The translations under genes and the position numbers were made by a program. A stretch of DNA of 34,048 bases from Catajapyx aquilonaris (Eukaryota). Below the pieces are notes generated by a model, which was not told where the DNA came from, did not search any database, and saw only the letters and a program-made list of their open reading frames with translations. The stretch covers positions 1-34,048 of the forward strand of contig JYFJ02004189.1 in the NCBI GenBank assembly GCA_000934665.2. The letters are read 5' to 3'. Below are positions 1 through 11,443 of this stretch, piece after piece. Numbering within the stretch: the stretch's first letter is position 1; every line of letters begins with the position of its first letter.

Positions 1-97
1 TATTTTTTTGTAAAATGAAATTCTGGGGGAGCCCCCCATGTATGGGCATTTGCCTAATTGGGTACACAAATAAATAATAATAATAATAATAATAATA
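1..97 (+). repeat. 3' tail of a non-LTR retroelement or SINE ending in (TAA)n, cut by the window edge
   Basis: CCCCCC...GGGCA/TGCC...GGGTACAC-AAATAAATAA(TAA)n has the same stem-loop-plus-A-rich-repeat layout as the SINE tails at 1280-1412 and 22408-22470. Confidence 0.5.
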
Positions 98-1047
98 CAG
101 TGTTGTGCAGTTTATGACGTCTCCATGATGCACACATGAACAATACGGTTCCGCGAGGACGCGCATGGACCATTGTATTCTGGATGCCATCCGCCCGAAT
201 GCCAACCATATACAGAAACCAAAGGGATACTAGTCATAATACTCAGGTCAATAAAAACCTCGCCAAGACAAGTTGTCATCTCTTACACATAATATTTGGT
301 TACGTACATGGCATGTCATAATTCCATGTCTTTCCGATATTCCTATTGATCTCACAGTCAGTGATCGCGTTTGGGATTAAATATGCGGTGACATTCACAT
401 AAACTGGTGCATGGGAGCTGACTTATAAGGTCCAATCCGCAATAGAAATAATGTGACCACCGGTGACCACGTGCATAAATGCGTCTGGTCCACCCACTGT
501 GCAGAAATGACACGCATAAACAACTAATTACTATAATTATTTGTGATAATTATTTGGTATTATTTGGCTCGTGAAGATATTTTTTACCTGCACTCATAAA
601 CATGTTGTGAACAATGTGAAGTAATAATTATATGAGGCATTCGTTAACTTGTGGATCAAACATTTCTGATAACGTAAACATAATTAATCAAACAGCCAAC
701 TATTATTCTTATTAACAACGCAGTGAGGAACTAAACTATAGCCTCACTGTACATTCGGTGAAATAATTTTCTTCTGATCTTTTTGATTCCACCATGCTAT
801 CCATTTAATCACTTCCCGCCACATCAATTAATAATTTATTGGTGTTTTATAAACTGTATTCCATTGAATGGTCCGTAGTGGTTAGTGATTTCTTGGTACT
901 AAGCTGCTCCGCTATTAAACAATTACTTTGGATCAGACTCTTTCAGAGGTTGTCAATAATTATTGCTTCTAATTTTAGGATCGGCGATAACATCCTTTTA
1001 ATACAAGGGCAAATCAATAAGTAACATGTTTATATAAATACATGCAA

Positions 1048-1334
1048 CCGAAGCAGTAGTGGTGTAGTGGTATGGCGTCCGACTGCTAATCGGGAAGTCC
1101 TGGGTTCGAATCCCGGAGGCCGGCGACCCGACCATGGTTTTCTGTGGTTTCCCATGGTCCTTGCAGGATAATTCCGGGGTCGTTACCGTAATATAGGCCA
1201 CAGCCGCCTCCTTCCTTCCCTTTCCCTGCTTCATTCCGGTGATGAGAAAAATAGTAAAAATGGAAGAGTTCCAGACAAAAAATTGGGAGAAATCCCCCCC
1301 TAGGAAAGCCCGTAGGCTGATAATGGGGTATCAA

Positions 1335-1411
<77 letters not shown>
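1048..1411 (+). mobile_element. tRNA-derived SINE, family A, full length
   Basis: A box TGGTGTAGTGG at 1060-1070 and B box GGTTCGAATCC at 1103-1113. Anticodon arm CCGA-CTGCTAA-TCGG is Ser(GCT)-like. (ATT)n tail. Perfect 15-bp TSD TATAAATACATGCAA at 1033-1047 and 1412-1426. Homologous copies at 13452-13744 and 22660-22837. Confidence 0.95.

Positions 1412-1412
<1 letters not shown>
1335..1412 (+). repeat. (ATT)26 microsatellite forming the SINE tail
   Basis: Perfect trinucleotide run; it produces the poly-N and poly-I ORFs in the track. Confidence 0.97.
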
Positions 1413-1415
<3 letters not shown>

Positions 1416-4400
1416 AATACATGCAAATGGTTCCAAACCATAGAATCAGGATTATGTAAGTCAAAAGGAGTAACTCAAATTCTTTAGCTCAGTAATTCAT
1501 TGCAATTCAGAGCCTGAATAAATGCTTCCTTTCAACAATGCTAGCAGCTAATATTTCTAACCGTTATAACTGTTGGAAGTATCTTCTTATTGTCAAGCTA
1601 TCGGTGTCAAAAGCCTATAATCACTTGGGACATTTCAATCGGAGCATGTTTAGTATTAAATTCGTTTCAGGAAATTGTCAAATACAGTAATTATTGTGAA
1701 TCACAAATTAAGAGTATTTTTTAAATTGGCCAATTTACAATATTGTACCGTGTTGACAAAGATGTAGTACTGTAGGCCTGCTGCAATATGTTTCCAATGC
1801 ACTGCCAATGCAATATTTTTTGCAAGTGTTATAGTAAATTTTTCTACAGAAAGAATTAGATTGATGCTGGAAAATATATAATTTAAGTAACCAAATGGGA
1901 GTTCCTTTTTGAAGACAGTGCTTTATACGGACCTTATACGGCTTGCATTACCTACGGTTCTGTCGGAAACTTATTTGGAAGGTGGAAGAAAGCAATGAAG
2001 GGGGAATTTATGTAGCTAATACACTACACCAACTGGGACTTTTACGCCTGAAATTCAGGAAATATTACTGACAAAAGAGTTGTATTCATGCCAATGGTTT
2101 TTCTGGTATAAAACCGCTGTATTTCCAACGCATAGTGCAGTACGAGATGCCTACTCTACCTACCGTAGTTTCAACGCGGAAATGTCTATATTTGTCTGGT
2201 ACATTACATGGCCAGAAACCTATTTATGTTTATTCTGTACATTCAGCTACAATTAACGCTAAAATTTATTTTGGAGCAATATTGCATAATTATGGTATGT
2301 AAGTTAAAAAGAGAAAGAGTAAAATTCGTTTGCTCTGAGTTCGGATATTCGGTAGCCTACTTGAAAACGCTGTGAAAACGCTTGTGAAAACGAGTGAATA
2401 AAATAATAATAATAATTGGACATTATTCATCTCCTATTGGAACGAAACTGATAAAATATTATTTCAGTTAATATTATGGACACTTTACAATATAAACAGA
2501 CACAACGCCACTAAAATAATTTCAGTACAGGTCGTGTGTAGTACGTTGACGCGTGACTGCCAGAATATTTGGGTACAATTTCCTCCGGAATCTGTTTTGC
2601 TAAACTACGAGGCCATGAATTATGGAAGGTTTCGGATGGGTGCGTTGGGTGGGGTGCGGACAAGTGTCCCCGAGTTGAAGGGTAGGAAGGGGGTCGAGGC
2701 AGGAGTGGGGACAGGGAGGGGGACAGAGGGACAGTGCTGAATTTGATCCGCTATTCCAAAGTTTTGTTTGCATAGCCGTAAGGGAATGGAGCGGGGGATT
2801 GTCTCTCCTGGATGACGCTTATTCATGGCAGCTACCAAAGCGCCATAAATATTCAATGTTTCCATTTATGGATTAATTCCTCCCTGCGTTTATACGAGCC
2901 ATCTCCCTAAACTTGGAACGACACGTTGGGGAGCCAGAGGAACCTCCATCCATTTGGGATGCTACACTTGTTCGTGTCTTATCTCCGGGGAAAAACATTG
3001 CGGATTTCAAGTCCATGTTGCTGCAAATTCAAGGCACCCCACCCCACCGTCCTCTCTCCTACCCTTCAACTATTCCAGGGGATGAGGGAGTTCCATTCTG
3101 CGTTCCGTCTCAAGCACCCGCATACACTCACGCTGCACTGGATGCCCCCTACCCACTATTCACTTGCAAATTATTCGCTTCAATTCAGTTGTCCAGTGGG
3201 GGAAAAAAGTTGATTGGGGAATTAATCAACTAATGAGAGGACCGCCCTTGTAAAGGCGACGTGTCAAAAGCATTGTTTTGTATCGTCGAAGAATGGGTTA
3301 TGGCCAATGGTTCAGAATCATAATTTAAAAGGCTAGTTAGGTTGAAAAGCTAATAACTGAAGGTGGTGCACCACAGGACATAGCACTTGTTACGTGTACA
3401 AGTATATCGTAATCACAATATTTTGTACGAAAAATAAATCTTTCTTGATTTCCATCCATACCTTTATGTCGCGCATCTTTGTGTCCTGAAATGGCCATTA
3501 AAAGTTAATTATTCAAATAGGGCAATATTTTGAAGCGAGGCAATCATTTTCATAACACGGGTATACTAATACACATCTAATAATTCAAGTGGGCGTATGC
3601 ATATTGGATAGCATGAGTTGCACTGTTAGGCTCAAATTTATCTCGCACGTCATATGGAGCAGGGAATGGATTTACATCTTCCTGACTTAGACAAAAGCCA
3701 ACATTACATACTGTACTGTCGAGTTCACTAACACATGGGGCCATTCATATTGAGGTTTTCAGCGCATGATAAATACGTGACAATATGCTTTATAACCCTT
3801 TGCCGCTACCGGAAAAGCCTGGGCACGCGCTGCCAACCCATCCAAAGCAATTTTCAAAAAATACTGGCAAGCCTTCATGCTTGCCAACTTGCCCGCTTGC
3901 CACCGACAACAACGCTTCTCCCCATCACAATTCCCTATCGCTTCCGTTAAACCAATTTCCAATAACTTTGGAGGGATTCTCCCCTTCCCTTTTTTTCGAT
4001 TAATCATATATCCGATACTTTATTGGCGTTGGTGGTGATACCTTGGAAGGAGGCGGCCACTGCTAAAGGATACATATAGCCTATACTGCACTGTACACCA
4101 GTCAGCCCAGGGCACAATTCTGTTCTCTCAGGCATGACTAGACCCAGACCAGAATAGTCGCTGCAGAAATTTCTGGCAGATACATCCTGTACGGTGTTCA
4201 ATTTTGTGCAATGTCGTTTTCATTCCACTATAAGTAGAGAGATTCTTTGCGCGCCAATTACTGAACTACACATGTCATATCCTTAAAATGCGACAAATTA
4301 AAACATATAATTAAAACGGACATTGAGAAATAATGTGTTCACACAAGTCTTGACATTATTCGTTTAAAATATGTAGTAGAATTAATTATTTCGCAATTTT

Positions 4401-4421
4401 TGAAAGAAAAAAGAATAAAGT

Positions 4422-4493
4422 GCCCCCTGGGCAAGACACGAACCTGCATTTATGGAACTACAGTCGAACGCTCTACCGGTGGGAACGACCAGA
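4422..4493 (-). pseudogene. Degenerate tRNA(Tyr)-like sequence or SINE head
   Basis: Minus strand reads CGGTAGAGCGTTCGACTGTAG...GCAGGTTCGTGTCTTGC: D-arm remnant, GTA anticodon loop and a degenerate T-arm/B box. Confidence 0.5.
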
Positions 4494-4496
4494 CCT

Positions 4497-4713
4497 CTAG
4501 TTCTGGCTGTTTTGAAAGCGAGCAGAACTCAAGGGGGTAACCACTCCGGTGTACACCTGCGAGTGGTACTCCCTGGTACTCCTCAGGTACCTCACTCTTT
4601 ATTACTCCTTGATACTTCTTGAATTGGTACTCCAGTGTACACTTTTCATTCTAGTGATTACCCCCTTGGCAGAACTACTGTGGGTCTGGCTCTTTAAAAC
4701 CGACCAGAACTAG
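4497..4713. mobile_element. Small palindromic element (about 70 bp without its insert) interrupted by a hAT MITE
   Basis: Imperfect inverted ends CTAGTTCTGGCTGTTTTGAAAG and CTTTAAAACCGACCAGAACTAG flank the 4530-4668 insertion. Confidence 0.55.
4530..4668. mobile_element. hAT-type MITE, 139 bp
   Basis: TIRs CAAGGGGGTAACCACT and AGTGATTACCCCCTTG. Perfect 8-bp TSD GCAGAACT at 4522-4529 and 4669-4676. Internal GGTACTCC repeats. A second copy lies inverted at 11444-11886. Confidence 0.92.
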
Positions 4714-5195
4714 TTATAGTCGGGGTTTTTTTGCTCAATGAGCGGTTTAGAGGCTTGAGCTTAACATATACAGGGGTTAGACACAATAATAGGAACACCT
4801 GCAAAAAGAGGTTGAAACTTTGCGTCTGTTTTATTCGTAAAATGGAAAAGATACAAAGATGACCTTTTTTGAAGCTCCGTCATACCTGTAACTGTTATCC
4901 AAAAATGGGGCCTTGGAAAGGGGGGGGGGGTGCTGGTCGTCTTTTGTTTCTGTACCGCTCTCGTGATTATTGCGTCATCTGCATACCTCGACAAATGTAG
5001 ACTACTGTACATCGACAGAGCTTCAACACCGTGTAAAAGTCATCTTTGTAGCTTTTCCGGTTTTAGAATAAGACAGACGCGAAGTTTTAATCGCTTTTTG
5101 CATGGGGGCCTATTACTGCATTTTGTCCAACCCCTGCAATTCGCGGGGGGTGGGGAGGGGTGGGGGGCTGATCCCTCAAAACCACCCACTGATTA

Positions 5196-5357
5196 CAGTG
5201 TTGGACATTAATCGCGTCATACTGCTAGCGACATTTTCCGATGCGGCAGAAGAACGCATCTTGCTCGCACGGCTTGCACTATCCATTGCTTCGATTCGTT
5301 CTTCTGCCACTTCGGAAAATGTCGCTAGCAGTATGACGCGATTAATGTGCAACACTG
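5196..5357. mobile_element. Tc1/mariner-type MITE, 162 bp
   Basis: TA|CAGTGTTGGACATTAATCGCGTCATACTGCTAGCGACATTTTCCGA... and ...ATTAATGTGCAACACTG|TA; arms of about 60 bp and a TA TSD. Confidence 0.9.
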
Positions 5358-5369
5358 TACACTGTACAG

Positions 5370-7284
5370 TAGGGCGGCTCGAAAAACACTTTTTTTCGAA
5401 AGTTGTAGTTCGCTAGTGAAAAAAAGTTGTGTTGGGCGATCCTCTTGACAGGTAAAAAATCTGAGTCATGTGGGTTAATATCCTACGGCTCCGCCAGGGG
5501 CGTAAGTGACGCAACTTCCGGGTTTTCGTTTTTTGGCGTGCGAGTATACTTACCCGGCCTAAACATGAGAGGTTGTGGCCCTTTGGGGGTGAAATGTCGT
5601 TATTTTTGCGATATCTTGCACCGTTGACGAGATATTGACCAAAACCCCAGGTTCAAAAATTACACGGTTCTGCAAAAAAACACTCTCTTTCGCTCTTTTG
5701 AAAACTTGTATGTGCTTTTTATGGATTTTGGGGTGCTGAATCCGAATCCGGCGACATATTTCCTCTATCACGTACGGTTTTAGAGATATATAGATTTAAA
5801 ACCTTTGACGGTTTACTAGGGGTCTTTCCGAATCAAGTGGGCCTAATGTTGCTAGACTGCCTCGGATCTTGGTGAAAATAATCCCAGATGTACTCATCTA
5901 TTCCATAATGCTGCCTATAAAAATTCAACCATATTGCTCAATACTATGATGAGGGGGAAAATCGCAAACATCTGGAAATGGCTGAGAATGAAGCCTTTTT
6001 TGGAGATTTTTTTTCGGTTAGTGCAAGTGATCAAACTCCAATGAACATATATATTAAAAGAAAGGGAAACACCAGGACAATGCGCCTATGGAATTAGTTT
6101 TCCTCTAAAATGTACAAATAAACTTTTATTGCATTTAATTTGTCACTAGCTCAGTCACATGCCCAAGAATATATTGTGACCTCAACATGTTCTGCATAAA
6201 AATACTATTTTGGATAAAATCAGACTGACTATATATATTAAGGTGTGCTGAATCCGGATCTGAAGTCAGAGTGGCTCTACACCAATTTTGGAAGATACGA
6301 CACTTAAATCATGAATCGTTGTTTTTCAGTTGTCGCAGTGTGTTTCCAGGACTGCGTAAGGGTTTTCTCCGCAGGACAGCCCGAACCAGTGATATACGCA
6401 TTTGTATAAGTGTAAAAGGTACGAGAGGGAGTCGGCCAAGGGCAGTCGATTATAATTGTTGAGGTCACAATATATTCTTGGGCATGTGACTCAGCAAGTG
6501 ATCAATAAAATGCTATAAAAATTTATATTTACATTTTAGAGGAAAACTAATTCCATAGGCGTATTGACCTGGTGTTTCCCTTTCTTTTGATTTATACGTA
6601 TGTTCATTGGGGTTTGATCACTTGCACTAACCGAAAAAAAAATTTATCCAAAAAAGGCCTCATTCTCAGCCATTTCCAGATGTTTGCGATTTTCCCCCTC
6701 ATCATAGTATTGAGCAATATGGTTGAATTTTCATAGGCAGCATTATGGAATAGATGAGTACATCTGGGATTATTTTCACCAAGATCCGAGGCAGTCTAGC
6801 AACATTAGGCCCACTTGATTCGGAAAGACCCCTAGTAAACCGTCAAAGGTTTTAAAACGATATATCTCTAAAACCATACGTGATAGAGAAAATCTGTTGC
6901 CGGATTCGGATTCAGCACCCCAAAATCCATAAAAAGCACATACAAGTTTTCAAAAGAGCGAAAGAGGGTGTTTTTTTTGCAGAACCGTGTAATTTTTGAA
7001 CCTGGGGTTTTGGTCAATATCTCGTCAACGGTGCAAGATATCGCAGAAATAACGACATTTCACCCCCAAAGGGCCACAACTTTTCATGTTTAGGCCGGGT
7101 AAGTGTACTCGCACGCCAAAAAACGAAAACCCGGAAGTTGCGTCACTTACGCCCCTGGCGGAGCCGTAGGATATTAACCCACATGACTCAGATTTTTTAC
7201 CTGTCAAAAGGATCGCCCAACACAACTTTTTTTCACTAGCGAACTACAACTTTCGAAAAAAAAAGTGTTTTTCGAGCCGCCCTA
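5370..7284. mobile_element. 1.9-kb non-coding foldback DNA transposon, probably a hAT with TAGGG termini
   Basis: Inverted arms at 5370-6187 and 6457-7284 are highly similar (the mirror ORFs 5427-5627+ and 7025-7225- are nearly identical), with a 269-bp spacer. Ends TAGGGCGGCTCG and CGAGCCGCCCTA. CTGTACAG lies on both sides (5362-5369, 7285-7292); it is palindromic, so TSD versus TIR is ambiguous. Confidence 0.93.
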
Positions 7285-7292
7285 CTGTACAG

Positions 7293-7822
7293 CCTTGGCA
7301 GGAGCTGCTGTTATTTACGTCACAACATGAATTTCGTCTCATCTATTTGCGATTGGCAATCTCCAGTTTGTTTTTCGGTGGGAAAAGGAGACCGGCATTC
7401 TTCACAAAACCATCCTCATGCTGGCATGGACAACCACAAAGCAAATCCCATCTGAAGCACACCTTTGGATGCGCAGCTTCGGGGGATGCCATCTTGTCAG
7501 GCGTAGAGTGGAGTACAGTATAATCCAAGTTTCCTCTGTACAGACTATACGGGGCGAAGGTTTGGTAGATTGGCGTTGCTGCGACGAAAGTCAATCCTTT
7601 TGGCAGATATGTTACTTTTCTTCAACAGCAGCATTCTGTTGTTCATGCACCCTCTTCCAGCGGAATCCAATCTTGCCCAACACCTTGCATAGCGAATTCT
7701 TGCATCCTGTGAAGTCAACATCTTTTTCCCGCGGCTGCAAGGATTTCATCCATTTTGGGAGGCTATCGCTTGGCATACATGTCATTCACAATCTGCGAAA
7801 ATGTACGTTCACTTTTTCATGC
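7293..7822 (-). pseudogene. Decayed IS630/Tc1-superfamily (DDE_3-like) transposase fragment
   Basis: Manual translation across frameshifts and stops: QIVNDMYAKR*PPKMDEILAAA / DVDFTGCKNSLCKVLGKIGFRWKR / NNRMLLLKKSNISAKRIDFRR / VCTEETWI / VVVHAS / EDGFVKNAGLLFPPKNK / TGDCQSQIDETKFML..QQLLPR. This follows the order of the insect Tc1-like motifs LGF.W.K, YLDETW, HAG..GFV.NA.L.F, GDYH..M...F..W...QLLP. It is truncated at the foldback. Confidence 0.8.
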
Positions 7823-10162
7823 TAATACCTCACACAAGCTTAGGATAATTGGAGCAGTCTCAACCTCTACCACTTAACTACAGTACAAATAAGCCCATAG
7901 AGCCTTAAATTTATGGATATGAAAATATGAATTTGTAGCAGATGATAAAATCTTTATGGCAGCACATTGGGATGAAAAAGCGACTCACCTTGTCTAATGT
8001 TGCTGACAGTGAGAGTGAAATCATTCAGGTCAATTTTGGGCGACACCAGCTGGCGTTTCTTGCCTGGTGTGCTCCTCTCCTCAGTAGGCACACTGCAGTA
8101 CCACTTCTTCATGCCGGACAATCCTCTTGCTCAGGTTGACCGCTGCGCTGTCTAGAGCCTTTTGGCTACTTTTGGGCCCGATCATTTATTTTGCAATGTT
8201 TTATCTTGCACATTGGCAGTATGAATCGCCGGCATAGTGTCGTGCCCGGTCGTGCCTCTGTCAGCTGAAGGATACAATTATTGTGACGTCAAGTATTAAT
8301 TGAACCTGACCGCATTGCTCTATAATTGTGACGCTATTTTGTCCGAGCAAGATTAAACGATGCAGACGGACGAGATGCTACCATCTGGGAAGGGGGGGGG
8401 GGGGGGNNNNAAAAAGCTATTGACATCACGGCTGCCAAGACGGAAAAGATGATGACCCTGATGAACGCCTTGAGTAATACTAATCTACCTCCGACTTGCC
8501 GTGGCGCCATACTTCTGCGCCAGTGTAATATACTGAATGCTGACCCCACAAAGACTGCAGCCAATGCTGATGCCTTCCTTAAAAGCAAGCTGTAGAGCTA
8601 TTCATCTTGATACTCGAACTGATGGACTATGTCGTGGAGGTCTCGGAGGGCCCTGGGACTTCCAATCGTGCGAAGTCCGACCTGAGTTTTTAAATTAATG
8701 TCTACAATAATACTGCAATAAATAATTACGCGACTTTCGCCAATCATATTGGAAATTTCATGCGACATAAGCGTTTCAGAATCACGATATCAATGCAGGA
8801 TGTGTGATGATGATAATCTCTTAAGTCTTGGGCTGGCTTTCTTTCACAGCATACACTTGAATCCTGCACACATTTCACAAACGGAGAATACCTATCTCCC
8901 ATTGCTGTTTTTTTGTTAAAAGCACAAACGTGACCTTGTCGCTGCCTGAACTTTCCTTCACAGCAATGTTTCCCGAACTTTGGCTGCGAATCATTTATAT
9001 TTTATACAGTGAAGCGAATGAGATCTCGCAGGCCAAATTGATCATTTACTGAGATTAAATTATACATAATTACAGATATGTTAGTTAATAATATATTGTG
9101 TTATTATCCAGGTCAGGTTGAATAACAACGATAACAGTTCGCAGACAACTGATTGTTATCATGTATAAGGTTGTATCAATTGACACTTCATCAATGCGGT
9201 ATTCCCTATCGTAGCTGCACACTCCCCACCAAATACAGCATACTTGTATGTACAGGAGACTTTATATACTCTGTCAAACACATTAAGGATAGTTTTGCTA
9301 GCGGCCCATCGCATTATTAGATTTATGGGGCCATTTGTGCCACATTCACACAGTATTTGAGTTTGTCCGGGAACAATCGTAAATTTTGCTTACCAGGAGC
9401 GGACATTTGAAGAGTGGAAAATGTGGGTGACGGATTTGTGGATATACAGCATTATCATAGACCGTCCATTATTACAAATTAAATAATGATGTCCTAATTG
9501 GAGACGCAAACAGCAGTTGACAACAGTAAACACTGAACACGGAAGCGCTCGACACTCCAGTGTTGACACCCTTCCACCAACGTCCATCCAAAACTGAAAG
9601 CACGATGCCCATGCCAAACAAGAAAACTGAAAGGACGTGCTCACTACGCACAGTCAGGCTATATCGTAGATTTATCAACAATACATTGATAAAAGCATCA
9701 TCCCTTGTTCTCGTGCTATAACTTACTAAAATCATTAAGAACTTTAATACAAACTTAATAGAATGGCTTGTACAAAATTATTTAAGGAAATGTAATTAAT
9801 TCAAAACGATCAGAGTCACAGGTGCGATACTTAGGCAGCAATGATACAGTCATCATTCTGATGATCAAGTCCATTTTTGATATGAAAATTGCATCCTCCA
9901 AGAGAAATTCTTAAGAAAGATTCATGCCATGAAGGATCACGCAATTTTCAAAATTCAAATCTGATCTACACGTGTCGTCGAGAAAAGGTCGTGTGGGCCA
10001 TTTTCCCACCAAGGGGCTAAAAAGACTTACTGGGCGATTTTGAATGAATCAACAATGTCACTAAACATTGCTTTTGTTTATCAGCGATTGACCTGTTGGC
10101 CATGGTTGGCTGATAGTGACGGAACAGGTATATGGCCCAATGGTCACAGATCATAGAATATA

Positions 10163-10384
10163 CTGGGTGTTCCAAGTTCATAGGCCGGTTTTAGTTATCA
10201 CTAATATCGCCCGAAGTATTTAATTTTGTGTAGCTTGTTGTGCCCCATTACTCCCAGGTGGTCGAATATAGCAGTTTCAATAGAATATGGCACCTGGATC
10301 GGGTCACAACAAGCTACAAAAAATAACTACTTCGGGCGATATCAAGTGATAACTAAAAATTACCCACGAACTTGGAACACCCTG
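10163..10384. mobile_element. Tc1/mariner-type MITE, about 222 bp
   Basis: TA|CTGGGTGTTCCAAGTTC and GAACTTGGAACACCCTG|CA. Imperfect arms of about 95 bp (TTAGTTATCAC, ATATCGCCCGAAGTA, TGTAGCTTGTTGTG and their reverse complements). Confidence 0.85.
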
Positions 10385-11443
10385 CATATGCCCACTCTGT
10401 ATAGGCAACTAGAACTCAAGTGAAACTCGCTCAAACTTTTCTGTATGCCCTCCTTATAAATAATTCGGCCCCTCAAGTGTGAGCACGCACACTTTGACCA
10501 GTTCCACTAAACCCCTCCAATAATTGAGTGCTAAACCCATCTATCTTTCTCTCTCCATCCTCCTCCTCCCCTCCGGCGGATTCCGTCCCCTGCTCTCCAC
10601 CTCCAGTCCAACTTCCTAATCAGACCTGGTTTTTCCCTAAACCCAGAAAAAAGTGTGTTTGTTCAACGTGGTGCTCAATGGCTGGCATGGAATTGCCCCC
10701 GATCGCTTTTCCAACCCAGACTTCAACCCCAGTCTCCGCCTAACTCTTGCTGATAACCTGATGGATTGGAATAGCTTCCATTTTGATTGTTCCCGCCGGC
10801 GCTGCCAAATCGGAGGAGCCTCACTCATTCCGCGTTTGTGAACCTTCCCGCATCTCCCTATCTCAATTCCACGCCCATTACCCGTTTCTTTTTCCTCACT
10901 TTTTCTCTATTCCCGATTCCACATTACTGCAAGGAGAGGTTAGGGGTTCAATTAGGAGTGTTTCTACACTTCGTTATGGTCACGGTGGGGGTTTCGACTA
11001 GGCCTATACCAAGCTTCATGGATGGATGGAAATATTGAAGTGATTATCTACATGCAGGACCTACACATATCGCGATCATGCATGAAATATAATGCGGTCA
11101 GGTATGCCTGTGGCATAAAATAGGTATAACTGTTTCAGTGAGTATTAACGAGCCCCAAGAGGGTATAAAAGCAATGAGGTAGTTTGTGATGCACATTGGT
11201 ATGGATGAAATTATTGTGTATATGCAGTTGTTCCATGAAGCAAATATTTTTATTTAGAAATACAGTTTATTAGAGTTGATGGATGCAATTGGACAATTGC
11301 CAGGTAAGAATACTCGTACATATGGTGTGGCTAGTATAGGAAACTAAGTCGGAAAAGCTATAGGAGGTATATTGGACAGAAACACTCGATTTTACAGATT
11401 TCTTTAGATAAATTATTTATTATAATACGCCAAGTGGTACATT

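Noticed and set aside
1053..1123. Functional tRNA-Ser(GCT) gene
   Set aside because: No good acceptor stem or long variable arm. It continues into a SINE body with tail and TSD. The tRNA-like heads at 11680-11748, 22765-22837 and 23225-23295 are likewise SINE heads.
1086..1487. Poly-Asn and poly-Ile ORFs (also 22030-22284)
   Set aside because: Translations of (ATT)n microsatellites in retroelement tails.
5427..7225. Duplicated 66-aa gene pair on opposite strands
   Set aside because: Mirror translations of the foldback arms, with non-ATG starts.
8392..8410. Poly-G tracts as G-quadruplex elements (also 15866-15888)
   Set aside because: They contain or abut Ns, so their lengths are unreliable assembly junctions.
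8411..8595. R1-type LINE ORF2 remnant (AAKTEKMMTLMNAL)
   Set aside because: The resemblance is too faint to call without a search.
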